Below, piece by piece: positions 10,180 through 19,490 of a stretch of DNA of 64,000 nucleotides. The translations under genes and the position numbers were made by a program. The DNA is from Candidatus Bathyarchaeota archaeon. Its GTDB lineage: Archaea; Thermoproteota; Bathyarchaeia; Bathyarchaeales; Bathycorpusculaceae. The DNA is taken from assembly GCA_963707955.1 (NCBI GenBank), contig OY970176.1, forward strand, positions 1-64,000, written 5' to 3'. Below the pieces are notes generated by a model. It worked only from the letters and a program-made list of their open reading frames with translations, was not told the origin of the DNA and did not search any database. Each line of letters opens with the position of its first letter. Within the stretch, counting starts at the first letter, position 1.

Positions 10180-11388
10180 TTGCGAGTTCTTTTTCTTTCG
10201 ATGTTTGATCCTTTTGTGGCTGCAACTACATATATGGGCCCTGGAGCTCATATACGAGGCCTTTCTCAATCCCTTAACAAGCTCGGTTGCGAAGTGCACA
10301 TATTAGTCTTGAATTCAAAAAACAATAATGGCGTCGTGCATGGAGTTCAAATGCACTATCTCACTCCTTCTCTTAGCGCGCGCTCGCTTTTGTCTTTTCA
10401 CGTACCATTTGATGGAGGCCGTGTTCTTAATCTGACTTCATTTAGAGAAGTTGCTAGATTATGCAGAGAATATAAGATGGATATTATTCATAGTCAGAGT
10501 CCGTCAGGTTATGGATACGGATTATTCCGTAGAGGCAACATACCTTTCGTTGCTACTCTGCATGGTACATCGTTCGGTGAACTTGGATCCTATTTTGACA
10601 TACCTCTTCCGTTCATCAACAGGGATGTTGTCTTAGGAGCAATGGGAGAAATGTTGTGGGCTTTTCTGACCTGCATAGAATATAAAAGCGCTGATAAAGT
10701 TATAGCGGTCAGCAAAGCTACAGCAGAAGAAACAGTGAGATTCTACCGTTTACCTAAAGATCGTGTCGTAACAATCCATAATGGAATAGATCTGCCAAAC
10801 CTTACAGATTTACCCATAAGAGAAGAGAACAAAGAACATACTTTGTTATCTGTGGGTAGGTTTGTGTGGAGGAAGGGTTACAGGTATTTGATCGGTGCGA
10901 TGCCTCAAGTTTTGTCAGAATATCCCGATGCCAAACTAGTTATAGTTGGTTACGGCGACCAAAGAACACCTTTGCAGCGGCATATTGAGAAACTTGGAAT
11001 CGAAGGTTCTGTGCGTTTCTTGGACAGGGTATCAAGGGAGAGACTCTATTCTCTTTATGACGAGGCAGAGGTTTACGTCCAACCTTCACTTTATGAGCCG
11101 TTGGGCATCACGATTTTGGAGGCGATGAGCATGAGCAAGCCAATTGTCGCAACACGTGTCGGAGGGATTCCAGAACTCATCACAAATGGTGTAGAAGGGT
11201 TATTGGTTGAGCCCAGAAACAGTTTACAGCTTGCGAGGGCGATAACTAATGTATTTTCAGATTCATCGTGCAGAGAAAAATTTGGGAGTAACGCGAGGAA
11301 GAGAGTTGAGAGAGAGTTTACGTGGGAAACAATTGCCAAGAAAACCTTTGAATTCTACAGGGACTTGTTAGATGGAACTGGAAAATAA
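10180..11388 (+). CDS. Glycosyltransferase family 4
   Basis: TLHG, IHNGID, VGRFVWRKG, EPLGITILEAM, TRVGGIPE. Confidence 0.92.
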   Translation: MRVLFLSMFDPFVAATTYMGPGAHIRGLSQSLNKLGCEVHILVLNSKNNNGVVHGVQMHYLTPSLSARSLLSFHVPFDGGRVLNLTSFREVARLCREYKMDIIHSQSPSGYGYGLFRRGNIPFVATLHGTSFGELGSYFDIPLPFINRDVVLGAMGEMLWAFLTCIEYKSADKVIAVSKATAEETVRFYRLPKDRVVTIHNGIDLPNLTDLPIREENKEHTLLSVGRFVWRKGYRYLIGAMPQVLSEYPDAKLVIVGYGDQRTPLQRHIEKLGIEGSVRFLDRVSRERLYSLYDEAEVYVQPSLYEPLGITILEAMSMSKPIVATRVGGIPELITNGVEGLLVEPRNSLQLARAITNVFSDSSCREKFGSNARKRVEREFTWETIAKKTFEFYRDLLDGTGK

Positions 11389-11628
11389 ACACGCGCGCTA
11401 GAGTTTAGTAATCGTATGGAATAAGGCAGTGAACTAAATGCTGAAAATGTCTTCTGCGTACATGCAATGAAACTTTCCGGAGAAGCGCATAGGTTGGGTA
11501 ATAACCTACAAGTTTGGAACAGTATCGCGGTATGCCCTTCGGGCAGAGCGTGCGCGAAAATCTGAGAAGGCGTTCAATTTAAGAAGATATCGATCTTTCT
11601 TATCGGATCTACAAGCGCGCGCAGTCTG

Positions 11629-13272
11629 TCAGGTTGAGAACATCATCACGGGGGTAGTTGCTATGCCTGAAGGATCGGCGCTTTGGATCCTGAAGTAATA
11701 TTTTGTCCCAGGTGTTAGTCCCGTCAGTGTAATGACGTGGCTGGTCACGCTTGCGGCATCAGTTACCAAGAAGCCTGTTACATGACTGTCCTTCCAATAA
11801 GGAAATACAACACCAACATCATTTACAGTAAGCTGGGACCAAGCAAAAAGCTGAGAAGAATTGTATTCCACGGTGCTGTTTGCCGCTGAACTCGTAGTCC
11901 ATGAAATCTGCTCTGAAGTGCTACTCAAAGCTGTCAGGGTAATCTTAGTTAACGAGAATGTTTGTGGAAGATTAAGCGCAGCCAAATATGGTATTGTGCT
12001 TAATGCGCCCGCAGTGTTTGTTTCGCCTGGGCCTTGACCGTAGGTTACAAGCCATCCATCTCCGCCATTAGCCATAACAAGGTTTACTTCAGTTACAAAC
12101 GTCGAAGTATTGTAAGTCTGGCCTGTGCCTCCCCAGCCTCCAGCAGCATTAAGGGAGGGGCATATTGGGATTATTCCGTGAGCAGCACCCGTATTATAAT
12201 TTTCCTCGTTTTGCATTAGACCTGGTATCCCGGCGATAAGTTGCGCAACATCGCTGGTACTGTTGGTGGGAGAATAAAACATCGGGGCGATCCATTGCAT
12301 AAGACCAAGCTTTATCCATGCTGCCGTGTCTTGTCCTTCTCCTACAGTCCAATAATCAGGTTCAGGTTCGCCAGCAAATTGGAGTTTATGTGGTGTGCAG
12401 CCGAATGTGAGGTTCGGATTTATGGCCAATGCCCACTGTTCAATATCTTGGACAAGCGTGGTGACAAGGTTTGTTCTCCATTCTAACCATTGAGTGTAGT
12501 ATAATCCATCTCCGCCGTAGCTGGGGGGTGCTATGTCTTGAATCCATTGTGTGTAGTTTGCAGTGGTGTCGAGTCCTGTCTGCTGCTGGAACAGTGTATA
12601 AGCATCAGGGTTGACTGGCATAACATCATCCCATCTGGTATAGTCAAAACTCAAACCATCAATGCCTGGATAATCAGTCACTAACTGAGTAGTTAGACTC
12701 TGCCAAAGTGTAATGCTCGCTGGGTTTGCAATGTCAAGCCAGCCCCCATTACCGGTAGGAGGTGTTGTTCCTAGTTGATAGTACCATACTGGAGTCAGGT
12801 TTCCATTCAGATATTCACAGTCCCGTTGTACGCCATCTCCACCGAAAGACTTGTACATTGTGTCAAGGTTCAAATACACTTTTATTCCGTAAGAGTGAAA
12901 GGCGCTGATAGCCCAACTCACATTATAGTATCCACTTAATGTAGTGTTTCCAAAATTGAATGTGCCATCAGCGAAAACTTCATAGTTGCGAATCGAGTCA
13001 ATGGTGACGAAGTTGACTCCAAAAGAAGCGCATGTTTGAGCTATGAGCGTCCAATTGTTAGTGGAGCTTATTTCGTCCTGTCCAAATCCCACGCCTCTCC
13101 ATTGACTTTCAGCAGCGCGCACGATGCTTTGTGTGGCGAGTATGTGCCCGCTTGAGGGAATAGTTATGGACTGATTTAAACTCGCTTGGCAAACGAGCAG
13201 AGCAGACAGAATTATCACTGCTGCGACAATCAGGGCTTTCTTCATCTTGCCATTTGAACCCGTTGAATACAT
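11629..13272 (-). CDS. Secreted GHL10/DUF187-like glycoside hydrolase with C-terminal FN3-like domain
   Basis: Signal peptide; WLDIANP, GIDGLSFDYTRW, WLEWR, GQD..W, PMFY; C-terminal HVITLTGLTPGTKYYFRI. Confidence 0.7.
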   Translation of the reverse strand: MYSTGSNGKMKKALIVAAVIILSALLVCQASLNQSITIPSSGHILATQSIVRAAESQWRGVGFGQDEISSTNNWTLIAQTCASFGVNFVTIDSIRNYEVFADGTFNFGNTTLSGYYNVSWAISAFHSYGIKVYLNLDTMYKSFGGDGVQRDCEYLNGNLTPVWYYQLGTTPPTGNGGWLDIANPASITLWQSLTTQLVTDYPGIDGLSFDYTRWDDVMPVNPDAYTLFQQQTGLDTTANYTQWIQDIAPPSYGGDGLYYTQWLEWRTNLVTTLVQDIEQWALAINPNLTFGCTPHKLQFAGEPEPDYWTVGEGQDTAAWIKLGLMQWIAPMFYSPTNSTSDVAQLIAGIPGLMQNEENYNTGAAHGIIPICPSLNAAGGWGGTGQTYNTSTFVTEVNLVMANGGDGWLVTYGQGPGETNTAGALSTIPYLAALNLPQTFSLTKITLTALSSTSEQISWTTSSAANSTVEYNSSQLFAWSQLTVNDVGVVFPYWKDSHVTGFLVTDAASVTSHVITLTGLTPGTKYYFRIQSADPSGIATTPVMMFST

Positions 13273-13586
13273 ATATACCCTTCGGCTGGTTCCAGTGTAT
13301 AGTAATACTTAATAAACCATTCTGTTGAACTGTACAACACAAACACGCCGCGGTAGGTTATGCTCGACGACGAAAAAGCGTGCGCATTGTCAAGGAATAA
13401 TCCCAATGTAGGCGCGCGCTGCCTCTGCCAAGATTTATTCCCACCAATGTGTCGTGAGCGCTATCGACGCAGGCAATGGTAATATCCCGCAAGCCACCTA
13501 TTTACAAAGGATTGGTGAGTAGCGCGCGCTTCCATTGGAACAAGATCTTTCTGAATCCAAGACAGGGTGGGATAACAACGACAAGT

Positions 13587-14636
13587 TTGCACGTTTGTGT
13601 TTTGATTACAACGTACAAGCGGTCCGATTTGTTAGGCTATGCCCTTGAAGGGCTTGAAAAACAAACCTACTCAGATTTCGAAGTCCTTGTAATTTTGAAA
13701 CCAAGCGGAGACAAAACTGAAGATGTCGTTAAGACTTATGAGAAAACATTGAGAATAAAATTGATTAAACAAGAGAAAGGCTACTTCGTAGACGCGTTAA
13801 ATCTTGGACTCGAACATGCCAAAGGTGATATCATAGCATTCTTGGACGATGACGCTGTTCCTTTTCCAGACTGGCTTAAAAACCATGTGGAAACGTATGC
13901 CAAATCAAAAGTTGGGGGAGTAGCAGGAAATGTCATACAGACATCATTATATAAGAAATTGACAACCAAGGACGACGTCTCGGAAATCATCCCAAACGAT
14001 AGACCATTTCTTGAAACAATGGGGCAGAAAATTTGGAGTCAACCTCTCCAAGGCCTAGAAAATCATCTTGTTTACATATCAAAAGCAGGAAAAGTGGATT
14101 ATAATTCTAGAATGTCACATCGCGCGAGGCATCAAACCGTGAAATCGATGCTCGGAATGGGCGCTAACATGTCTGTTCTATCTGAGGCAATAGAAGGCTT
14201 TAGATTTCCAGATTCATGGCTGCCGATCGAAGCAGCAACTGAGCAGTTCTTGGGCTGGCATATATGGAAAAGAGGTTATAACCTTTTTTTCAATCCTCAT
14301 GCAAGAGTTAGACATCTTGTACATGGTCAGACTCTGAGCCGCAACATCATTGACACGAGAAAGGAATTTTTGCGTTCGGTTGGAAGCAGCCTCCTTTATT
14401 ATCGTCTTTATGGGCTCGAACCAGGCCTGTCAAAGATGCGCAGAATCTGTTTGCTCATCTTCTCTGTTTTGACGAATATCAAGAAAATATGCAAAGACAA
14501 AGAAACCTGGAGAATTACAAGAATCAAAGCAGCGTTTTACTCAGAGCTTATAGGAGTGAAATGGCTCTTATCAAGAAAAGTGGGAGGGCTCTATTCTCTA
14601 AAGACGGCCTTCGAAAGATATGTCAAGCTTGAATAA
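13587..14636 (+). CDS. Glycosyltransferase family 2
   Basis: VLITTYKR, AFLDDD, GANMS; start moved to TTG 13587 because the ORF-track extension crosses a (CG)n tract. Confidence 0.85.
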   Translation: MHVCVLITTYKRSDLLGYALEGLEKQTYSDFEVLVILKPSGDKTEDVVKTYEKTLRIKLIKQEKGYFVDALNLGLEHAKGDIIAFLDDDAVPFPDWLKNHVETYAKSKVGGVAGNVIQTSLYKKLTTKDDVSEIIPNDRPFLETMGQKIWSQPLQGLENHLVYISKAGKVDYNSRMSHRARHQTVKSMLGMGANMSVLSEAIEGFRFPDSWLPIEAATEQFLGWHIWKRGYNLFFNPHARVRHLVHGQTLSRNIIDTRKEFLRSVGSSLLYYRLYGLEPGLSKMRRICLLIFSVLTNIKKICKDKETWRITRIKAAFYSELIGVKWLLSRKVGGLYSLKTAFERYVKLE

Positions 14637-14716
14637 TCATTGCAGAAATTTCGCGCGCGCGTCACGCTATAAATTGAAGCACTGCTGTCCAGAGTCCAAC
14701 TAGAAAAAGTCCACAC

Positions 14717-15571
14717 ATGCCAAAACCGAGAATGAGTGTGTTCAAAGGCATGAATTTAGATGTTGTCGTCTGTGCCAAGAACCGTGCTCAAATGTTGGAA
14801 CGAGTTTTGCAACAGATTATACGCGAGGTTCCTTTCAGAGACTTAATTGTTATATACGGTTCATCGAAGGATGGGACGAAGGAAATTGCTGAGAAATATG
14901 TAGCGAAGGTGTTCTGGGATGGTGATGAGGGGCTTGGAGCAGCGAGAAATCTCGGAATGAGAAAGGCCTCTTCAGAATTAGTGGCAATGATTGATTCTGA
15001 TGTTATCCTGACAAGAGACTGGCATAAACACTTGGTGAAGCATTTTGAAGACAGTAAAGTCGCTGCAGCGATGGGAACAACCATATATGGTTATGGTTTT
15101 CCTCCTATCCAACGCCTTCACGAGTATTGGCGATGGACACTTCGTGATGGTTGGGGCTGTACCAACACTGTATTCAAGCGCGATTCTGTGTTAGAGGTAG
15201 GAAACTTTGACCAAACAATAACTGGTGCCGGGGAAGATTACGACCTGTATAAGCGAATATTGGCTGCAGGATACAAATGGGTGTCGGACAGGAAAGTTGT
15301 TGTATATCATCCAATGAGCTTATCTGAATATCTTGACCACCTCCGCTGGTGGGCAAGCGGCGTTCCCTCAATGCGTGAACTTGTAGCCCAAGTAAGGACT
15401 TATTCATTGTTCAGAATCTACTGCAGGTTCGCTTACTCAATTCTGAAATCTTTTCAAGAAGGCGTCAGACTTTATCTCATCGTACACCCTACAATGCTAA
15501 TCTACACGCCGATGTTTGAAACTGTTATGGTCAAGGCACGAATCAAAGGACTCAAAAAGATGCTAAGCTAG
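14717..15571 (+). CDS. Glycosyltransferase family 2
   Basis: SKDGT, GLGAARN, IDSD, GEDYD. Confidence 0.9.
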   Translation: MPKPRMSVFKGMNLDVVVCAKNRAQMLERVLQQIIREVPFRDLIVIYGSSKDGTKEIAEKYVAKVFWDGDEGLGAARNLGMRKASSELVAMIDSDVILTRDWHKHLVKHFEDSKVAAAMGTTIYGYGFPPIQRLHEYWRWTLRDGWGCTNTVFKRDSVLEVGNFDQTITGAGEDYDLYKRILAAGYKWVSDRKVVVYHPMSLSEYLDHLRWWASGVPSMRELVAQVRTYSLFRIYCRFAYSILKSFQEGVRLYLIVHPTMLIYTPMFETVMVKARIKGLKKMLS

Positions 15572-15573
15572 GG

Positions 15574-15770
15574 CAGCGCCTCCAAAACCCTGTAGCAACA
15601 GCAGCGCAGGTTCTGACAACGGGGGCCTCAAAATACTTCCAGCCGCACTTCGTAGAGCTGCAATACTTCACACGATGCGTAAGCAAAGACCTAACTTCTT
15701 CGCCCACAGGAGAAGACGGACTCAGGAACCTGAAAGCAGCCTCGCTTGCATACGAGAACGCGCGCGCATG
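15574..15770 (+). pseudogene. C-terminal remnant of a Gfo/Idh/MocA oxidoreductase
   Basis: Hand translation FVELQYFTRCVSKDLTSSPTGEDGLRNLKAASLAYEN resembles the C-terminus of 4934..5920 (FDELVYFTDCVRKDIAPSPSCEDGLKDLEVISLAYKN); ends in CGCGCGCGC. Confidence 0.8.
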
Positions 15771-15858
15771 ACGAATATGAAGCGGCTTGAGGGAATAGTT
15801 ATGGACTGATTTAAACTCGAGGCTTGGCAACTGAACAGAGCAGACAGAATCATCGCGT
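15768..15858 (-). repeat. Diverged copy of the signal-peptide/N-terminal segment of the 11629..13272 gene (source about 13135-13216)
   Basis: Shared GCTTGAGGGAATAGTTATGGACTGATTTAAACTCG and CAGAGCAGACAGAAT; encodes ILSALFSCQASSLNQSITIPSS. Confidence 0.9.
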
Positions 15859-15863
15859 GCGCT

Positions 15864-15933
15864 AAAAGTCTCTAGAAAGACAAGAAATCATACAGATCCC
15901 AAGTTGATTCCAGAGGTAGCGGGAATTCTTAAT
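15864..15933 (+). repeat. Copy of the 3' end and downstream flank of 7760..8749 (source 8706-8775)
   Basis: 25 bp identical AAAAGTCTCTAGAAAGACAAGAAAT, then degenerate match to TCTTAAT. Confidence 0.85.
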
Positions 15934-15979
15934 ATGGGGCAAGCTTCATGTATAGTTCGAACATGCATTGCTGCAGTAG

Positions 15980-18496
15980 GTGATAGCTATGGTTCGACAA
16001 ATAGCAAATCGCTTGTCCTCATTCGCTCGATTCTCAAAGAAGAAGGCTGGTGGACGCGCTGCAGTTGTCCTTCTTTTGTCCGTTTTTCTTTTAGAAATCT
16101 ACATTCCACCGAGAGTCTATGCTGTCACATTTTTCAGCAATGGCTTTGAGGAAGGCAATTATTCTGCGTACAGCGGAACAACCGTTACCACTGGTTGCAA
16201 CTTAACTGTAGTTGGTGATATCGTCAGGAGTGGCTCCTATTCCAGCAAAAGTGTGACTATAAATGGTGGTGGTTCTAATTCCTACTGCTACAAGACTTTG
16301 AGTTCTGCTCTATCGACATGCTATTTTCGCTTTTACCTGTACATAGATTCTACGCACGTGACGAGCAATCAGTATATGTGGTACGGAGAAATATGGGCTG
16401 CCAATGGATATTTCACACTGTTTTCAGTCGGCATAGGTCGTGGTTCGGCGATCTACATTGCTTACAGGTCAAATGGAACAGTATCGTTCAAAACTAGCTC
16501 TACAACTTGGTCAACAGGTCAATGGTATTGTGTCGAATTGAAACGTGTTCAGGATGCATCGAACGGAGAGGTAAGACTCTACATCAATGGTGCCGAAGTG
16601 ACTGACCTGACGACCACGGGGCTAAACACGGCTGACTATGCTGCAGGTCGCATAAGCATTGGACAGCGAGAAAATTGGAGGGGCAATGAAACAAGCCATG
16701 CGGATGATATCGTTGTTTCTGATAGCTATGTTGGTCCGTTAGCTTCGTCTCCACAGTTGTCAGTAACTCTGAACGGACCGCTAACTGGAAGTTCCTTGGC
16801 AGCTGGAACGATAAACTTCAATTACACGCCTGTATGTACCGGAGACAATATCCAGAATGCCTCATTGTGGATCAACGAGACTGGAACATGGCAAGCCCTT
16901 CAATCAAACTCATCGTTCGTAGTCAATGACACCATTAACACTATCAGTTATCCGTTGAACGGACCAGGGGTCTACGTTTGGAACATCGAAGTCTACAACT
17001 CCACGTATGGAGTCTTCGCGCAAGCTAATTCTACGCTGACCATAATTCCTCCACCTGAACCGACAACAACAGTCTCGCTCAACGCACCTTCCAACGGCGC
17101 AAACCAAAGCTCACTCTCTATTGCATTTGCGTACACGCCAACCTGTGTGGCAGACACCATTCAAAACTCTAGTCTATGGACAAATGCTTCAGGAACTTGG
17201 CAGAGCGTTCTTTCGAATTCCTCAGCAATACAGAACAACACGCAGAACGTATTTACTTATGTTTTCGCGTCCGCAGGAACCTATCTTTGGAACGTGGAAG
17301 TTTATAACTCGACAACCGGCGTGTTTGCTCCATCAAATTACACGCTGACGGTATTCCTTCCTTCGTTACTATCCGTCGCCTTGAACAGTCCCCAAAATGG
17401 GGTAAGCCAATCAAATGCAACGCTAGTATTTTCATATGTTCCAACATGCGTGGGCGATAACATCGCGAACTCCTCGCTATGGACTAACGCTACTGGAAGT
17501 TGGTTGCCCACATTGACCAACAGCAGTGCAATTGCAAACAACACTCAAAACATTTTCACCTACACGTTTTCTGCAAACGGCACGTACGTATGGAACGTTC
17601 AAGTTTTTAATAGGACGACAGGAATATTCGCACCATCGAACTGGACGGTAACCCTTACACCGAATGTGTCAACATATTTCGCCGATGGTTTTGAGGAAGG
17701 AAACTACTCGGCTTGGACAGGGACTATTATTTCGAGTGGGAATCTGACAATTGCAAGCAGCCCTGTGCACACTGGTTCTTACTCAAGCAAGAGTTTTACC
17801 TATGGTGGCCAGGGCTCTAATGCTTATTGCTACAAGACCTTAAAGTCGACCTTAGCAACTTGCTATTATCGTTTCTACCTCTACATAGATTCAACCGTCT
17901 CAGCAAGCAACCAGTATATGTGGTACGGAGAAATATGGGACGCTAACGGGTATTTCACACTCATGTCAGTAGGTGTTTCAAACGGCAATAAGATCTTTAT
18001 TGATTTTAGGAACAGCGGCACGATAACATTCAAAACGAGTGCCACAAGCTGGCCAATCCACCAATGGTGCTGTGTCGAGTTGAAACGCGTTCAGAGTGCT
18101 TCCAACGGAGAGATCAGACTCTACCTCAACGGCGTAGAGGTTACTGACTTAACAACTACGGGATTAAATACGGCGCAATATGCTGCTGGCCGCGTAAGCA
18201 TGGGAGAGCGAGAGAATTGGAGGGGCAACGAAACGAGCTACGCAGACGACATCGTTGTTTCCAGCAGCTACATCGGTCCGTTGACAGCTTCACAATCAGT
18301 GTCCGTCAGTTCAAAAAGCAAAACGACCGGGGCTAATATGCTCACTGGGATGATTAACTTCAACTATATCCCCATATCAACAGAAGGCAACATACGAAAC
18401 GCTACGTTAACACCTACAACCTATAACTTTGAACTGAATGATGAAGCGTCAGCTATCAAACGACTTAAGCCCTCACCCTCAGAGAAGATGGTCTAA
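15980..18496 (+). CDS. Secreted/membrane-anchored modular protein: two lectin/LamG-like domains flanking three Ig-like repeats
   Basis: N-terminal hydrophobic segment; GFEEGNYSA...WxCVELKR...DDIVVS domain twice; repeat VxLNxP...YxPxC..D.I.N.SLW.N.GxW...YxWNxxVxN three times; many NxS/T sequons. Confidence 0.7.
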   Translation: MIAMVRQIANRLSSFARFSKKKAGGRAAVVLLLSVFLLEIYIPPRVYAVTFFSNGFEEGNYSAYSGTTVTTGCNLTVVGDIVRSGSYSSKSVTINGGGSNSYCYKTLSSALSTCYFRFYLYIDSTHVTSNQYMWYGEIWAANGYFTLFSVGIGRGSAIYIAYRSNGTVSFKTSSTTWSTGQWYCVELKRVQDASNGEVRLYINGAEVTDLTTTGLNTADYAAGRISIGQRENWRGNETSHADDIVVSDSYVGPLASSPQLSVTLNGPLTGSSLAAGTINFNYTPVCTGDNIQNASLWINETGTWQALQSNSSFVVNDTINTISYPLNGPGVYVWNIEVYNSTYGVFAQANSTLTIIPPPEPTTTVSLNAPSNGANQSSLSIAFAYTPTCVADTIQNSSLWTNASGTWQSVLSNSSAIQNNTQNVFTYVFASAGTYLWNVEVYNSTTGVFAPSNYTLTVFLPSLLSVALNSPQNGVSQSNATLVFSYVPTCVGDNIANSSLWTNATGSWLPTLTNSSAIANNTQNIFTYTFSANGTYVWNVQVFNRTTGIFAPSNWTVTLTPNVSTYFADGFEEGNYSAWTGTIISSGNLTIASSPVHTGSYSSKSFTYGGQGSNAYCYKTLKSTLATCYYRFYLYIDSTVSASNQYMWYGEIWDANGYFTLMSVGVSNGNKIFIDFRNSGTITFKTSATSWPIHQWCCVELKRVQSASNGEIRLYLNGVEVTDLTTTGLNTAQYAAGRVSMGERENWRGNETSYADDIVVSSSYIGPLTASQSVSVSSKSKTTGANMLTGMINFNYIPISTEGNIRNATLTPTTYNFELNDEASAIKRLKPSPSEKMV

Positions 18497-18556
18497 GAGA
18501 CCTAGAAGCAATCTCCCTTGCCTACAAGAACCGGATAAGCCTCGGATAACCCGCCT

Positions 18557-18602
18557 CGTTCAATTGCCCTGTGCAATTATTGCGTACGTGTCTCAATCAT
18601 TG
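18557..18602 (-). repeat. Degenerate copy of the 3' end of the 19491..20580 gene (source 19488-19533)
   Basis: Encodes ND*DTYAIIAQGN* versus NDGDTYTVIAQGN*; ends at GCGCGCGCG 18604-18612. Confidence 0.85.
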
Positions 18603-18652
18603 TGCGCGCGCGAGAAAGCTTTTGCAGGAAGGGTCAAGGTTGACAGTTAGAT

Positions 18653-19339
18653 TTGACTTTTTTGAAGCAGGGGAAAGGCAAATATTCTGGCCTTGAGATT
18701 CAAATTATAAGGGAGAAAGTGCGTAAGGGAGTACCTTGCTTAATCCTGTTACTGATGCTCACACTAAGCGTTGCCTTATTTGAATTCCTGTACGTCAGGA
18801 ATTCTGTTTCCAGTGTTTCTGCAGTCGATGAAACGGCAGGCATAGGTGTATACTGGAATGCGGGCTGTACCAACTCGGTGCTTTCAATAAATTGGGGTGT
18901 TCTGTCTCCCGGACAGAGTGCGCAAGTCGTGGTCTACGTTCGAAATGAAGGAAATCAGCCAATTCTCTTGACTGTGGCACCGACAAACTATAGCCCAACG
19001 AATGCTTCTAACTATCTGAGTTTCACGTGGACCTGCGAAAACGCGACGATTCTGCCAAATGAAATTGTTCAGGTTACCACAAAGCTTTTTGTTTCTTCTC
19101 CCCAAACAACGGGAAATTTCACCTTTGGCTTTGACATAATCTTTGGGAAAGAAAATATCCTAGGAGACGTGAACGGTGATGGCGTCGTGAACATGCTTGA
19201 TCTTATGTTGATGCAAAAAGCTTTCGGCTCAACGCCAGGCTCACCAAACTGGAACCCAGCATGCGACCTAACCCAACAGGGAAAAATCGACATGAGCGCC
19301 ATCGTCATCGCTATCGAAAACTTCGGAGAATACGGTTAG
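18653..19339 (+). CDS. Secreted WGxLxPG-family protein with C-terminal dockerin type I domain
   Basis: TM/signal segment; GVYWNAGCT..INWGVLSPG..VYVRNEGN; GDVNGDGVVNMLDL...FGS...WNPACDL...KID. Confidence 0.8.
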   Translation: MTFLKQGKGKYSGLEIQIIREKVRKGVPCLILLLMLTLSVALFEFLYVRNSVSSVSAVDETAGIGVYWNAGCTNSVLSINWGVLSPGQSAQVVVYVRNEGNQPILLTVAPTNYSPTNASNYLSFTWTCENATILPNEIVQVTTKLFVSSPQTTGNFTFGFDIIFGKENILGDVNGDGVVNMLDLMLMQKAFGSTPGSPNWNPACDLTQQGKIDMSAIVIAIENFGEYG

Positions 19340-19403
19340 AGAAATCATTTGGAGTCTACTGCGGCTTTGTCCTGTTCAACAACATGTACAAAACGCGTCT
19401 GAT

Positions 19404-19475
19404 GAAACTCTTCCAAGAAGCAGTACAAGAAACATCAAAAAAGCCCTAGTGCGCTTTGTCACGTAGCTATTCGAT
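19404..19475 (+). repeat. Diverged copy of the 3' end of the AOR-associated 4Fe-4S gene (source about 43307-43379, minus strand)
   Basis: Encodes KLFQEAVQETSKKP* versus KLFQEAVQETTKKS*; match continues past the stop (GCGCTT(T)GTCACGTA); preceded by ACGCGT. Confidence 0.9.
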
Positions 19476-19490
19476 CTTTGGCTGGCCCGT

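Noticed and set aside
13476-13586. N-terminal extension of the GT2 ORF
   Set aside because: Crosses a tract and lacks GT2 similarity; TTG 13587 fits the fold start
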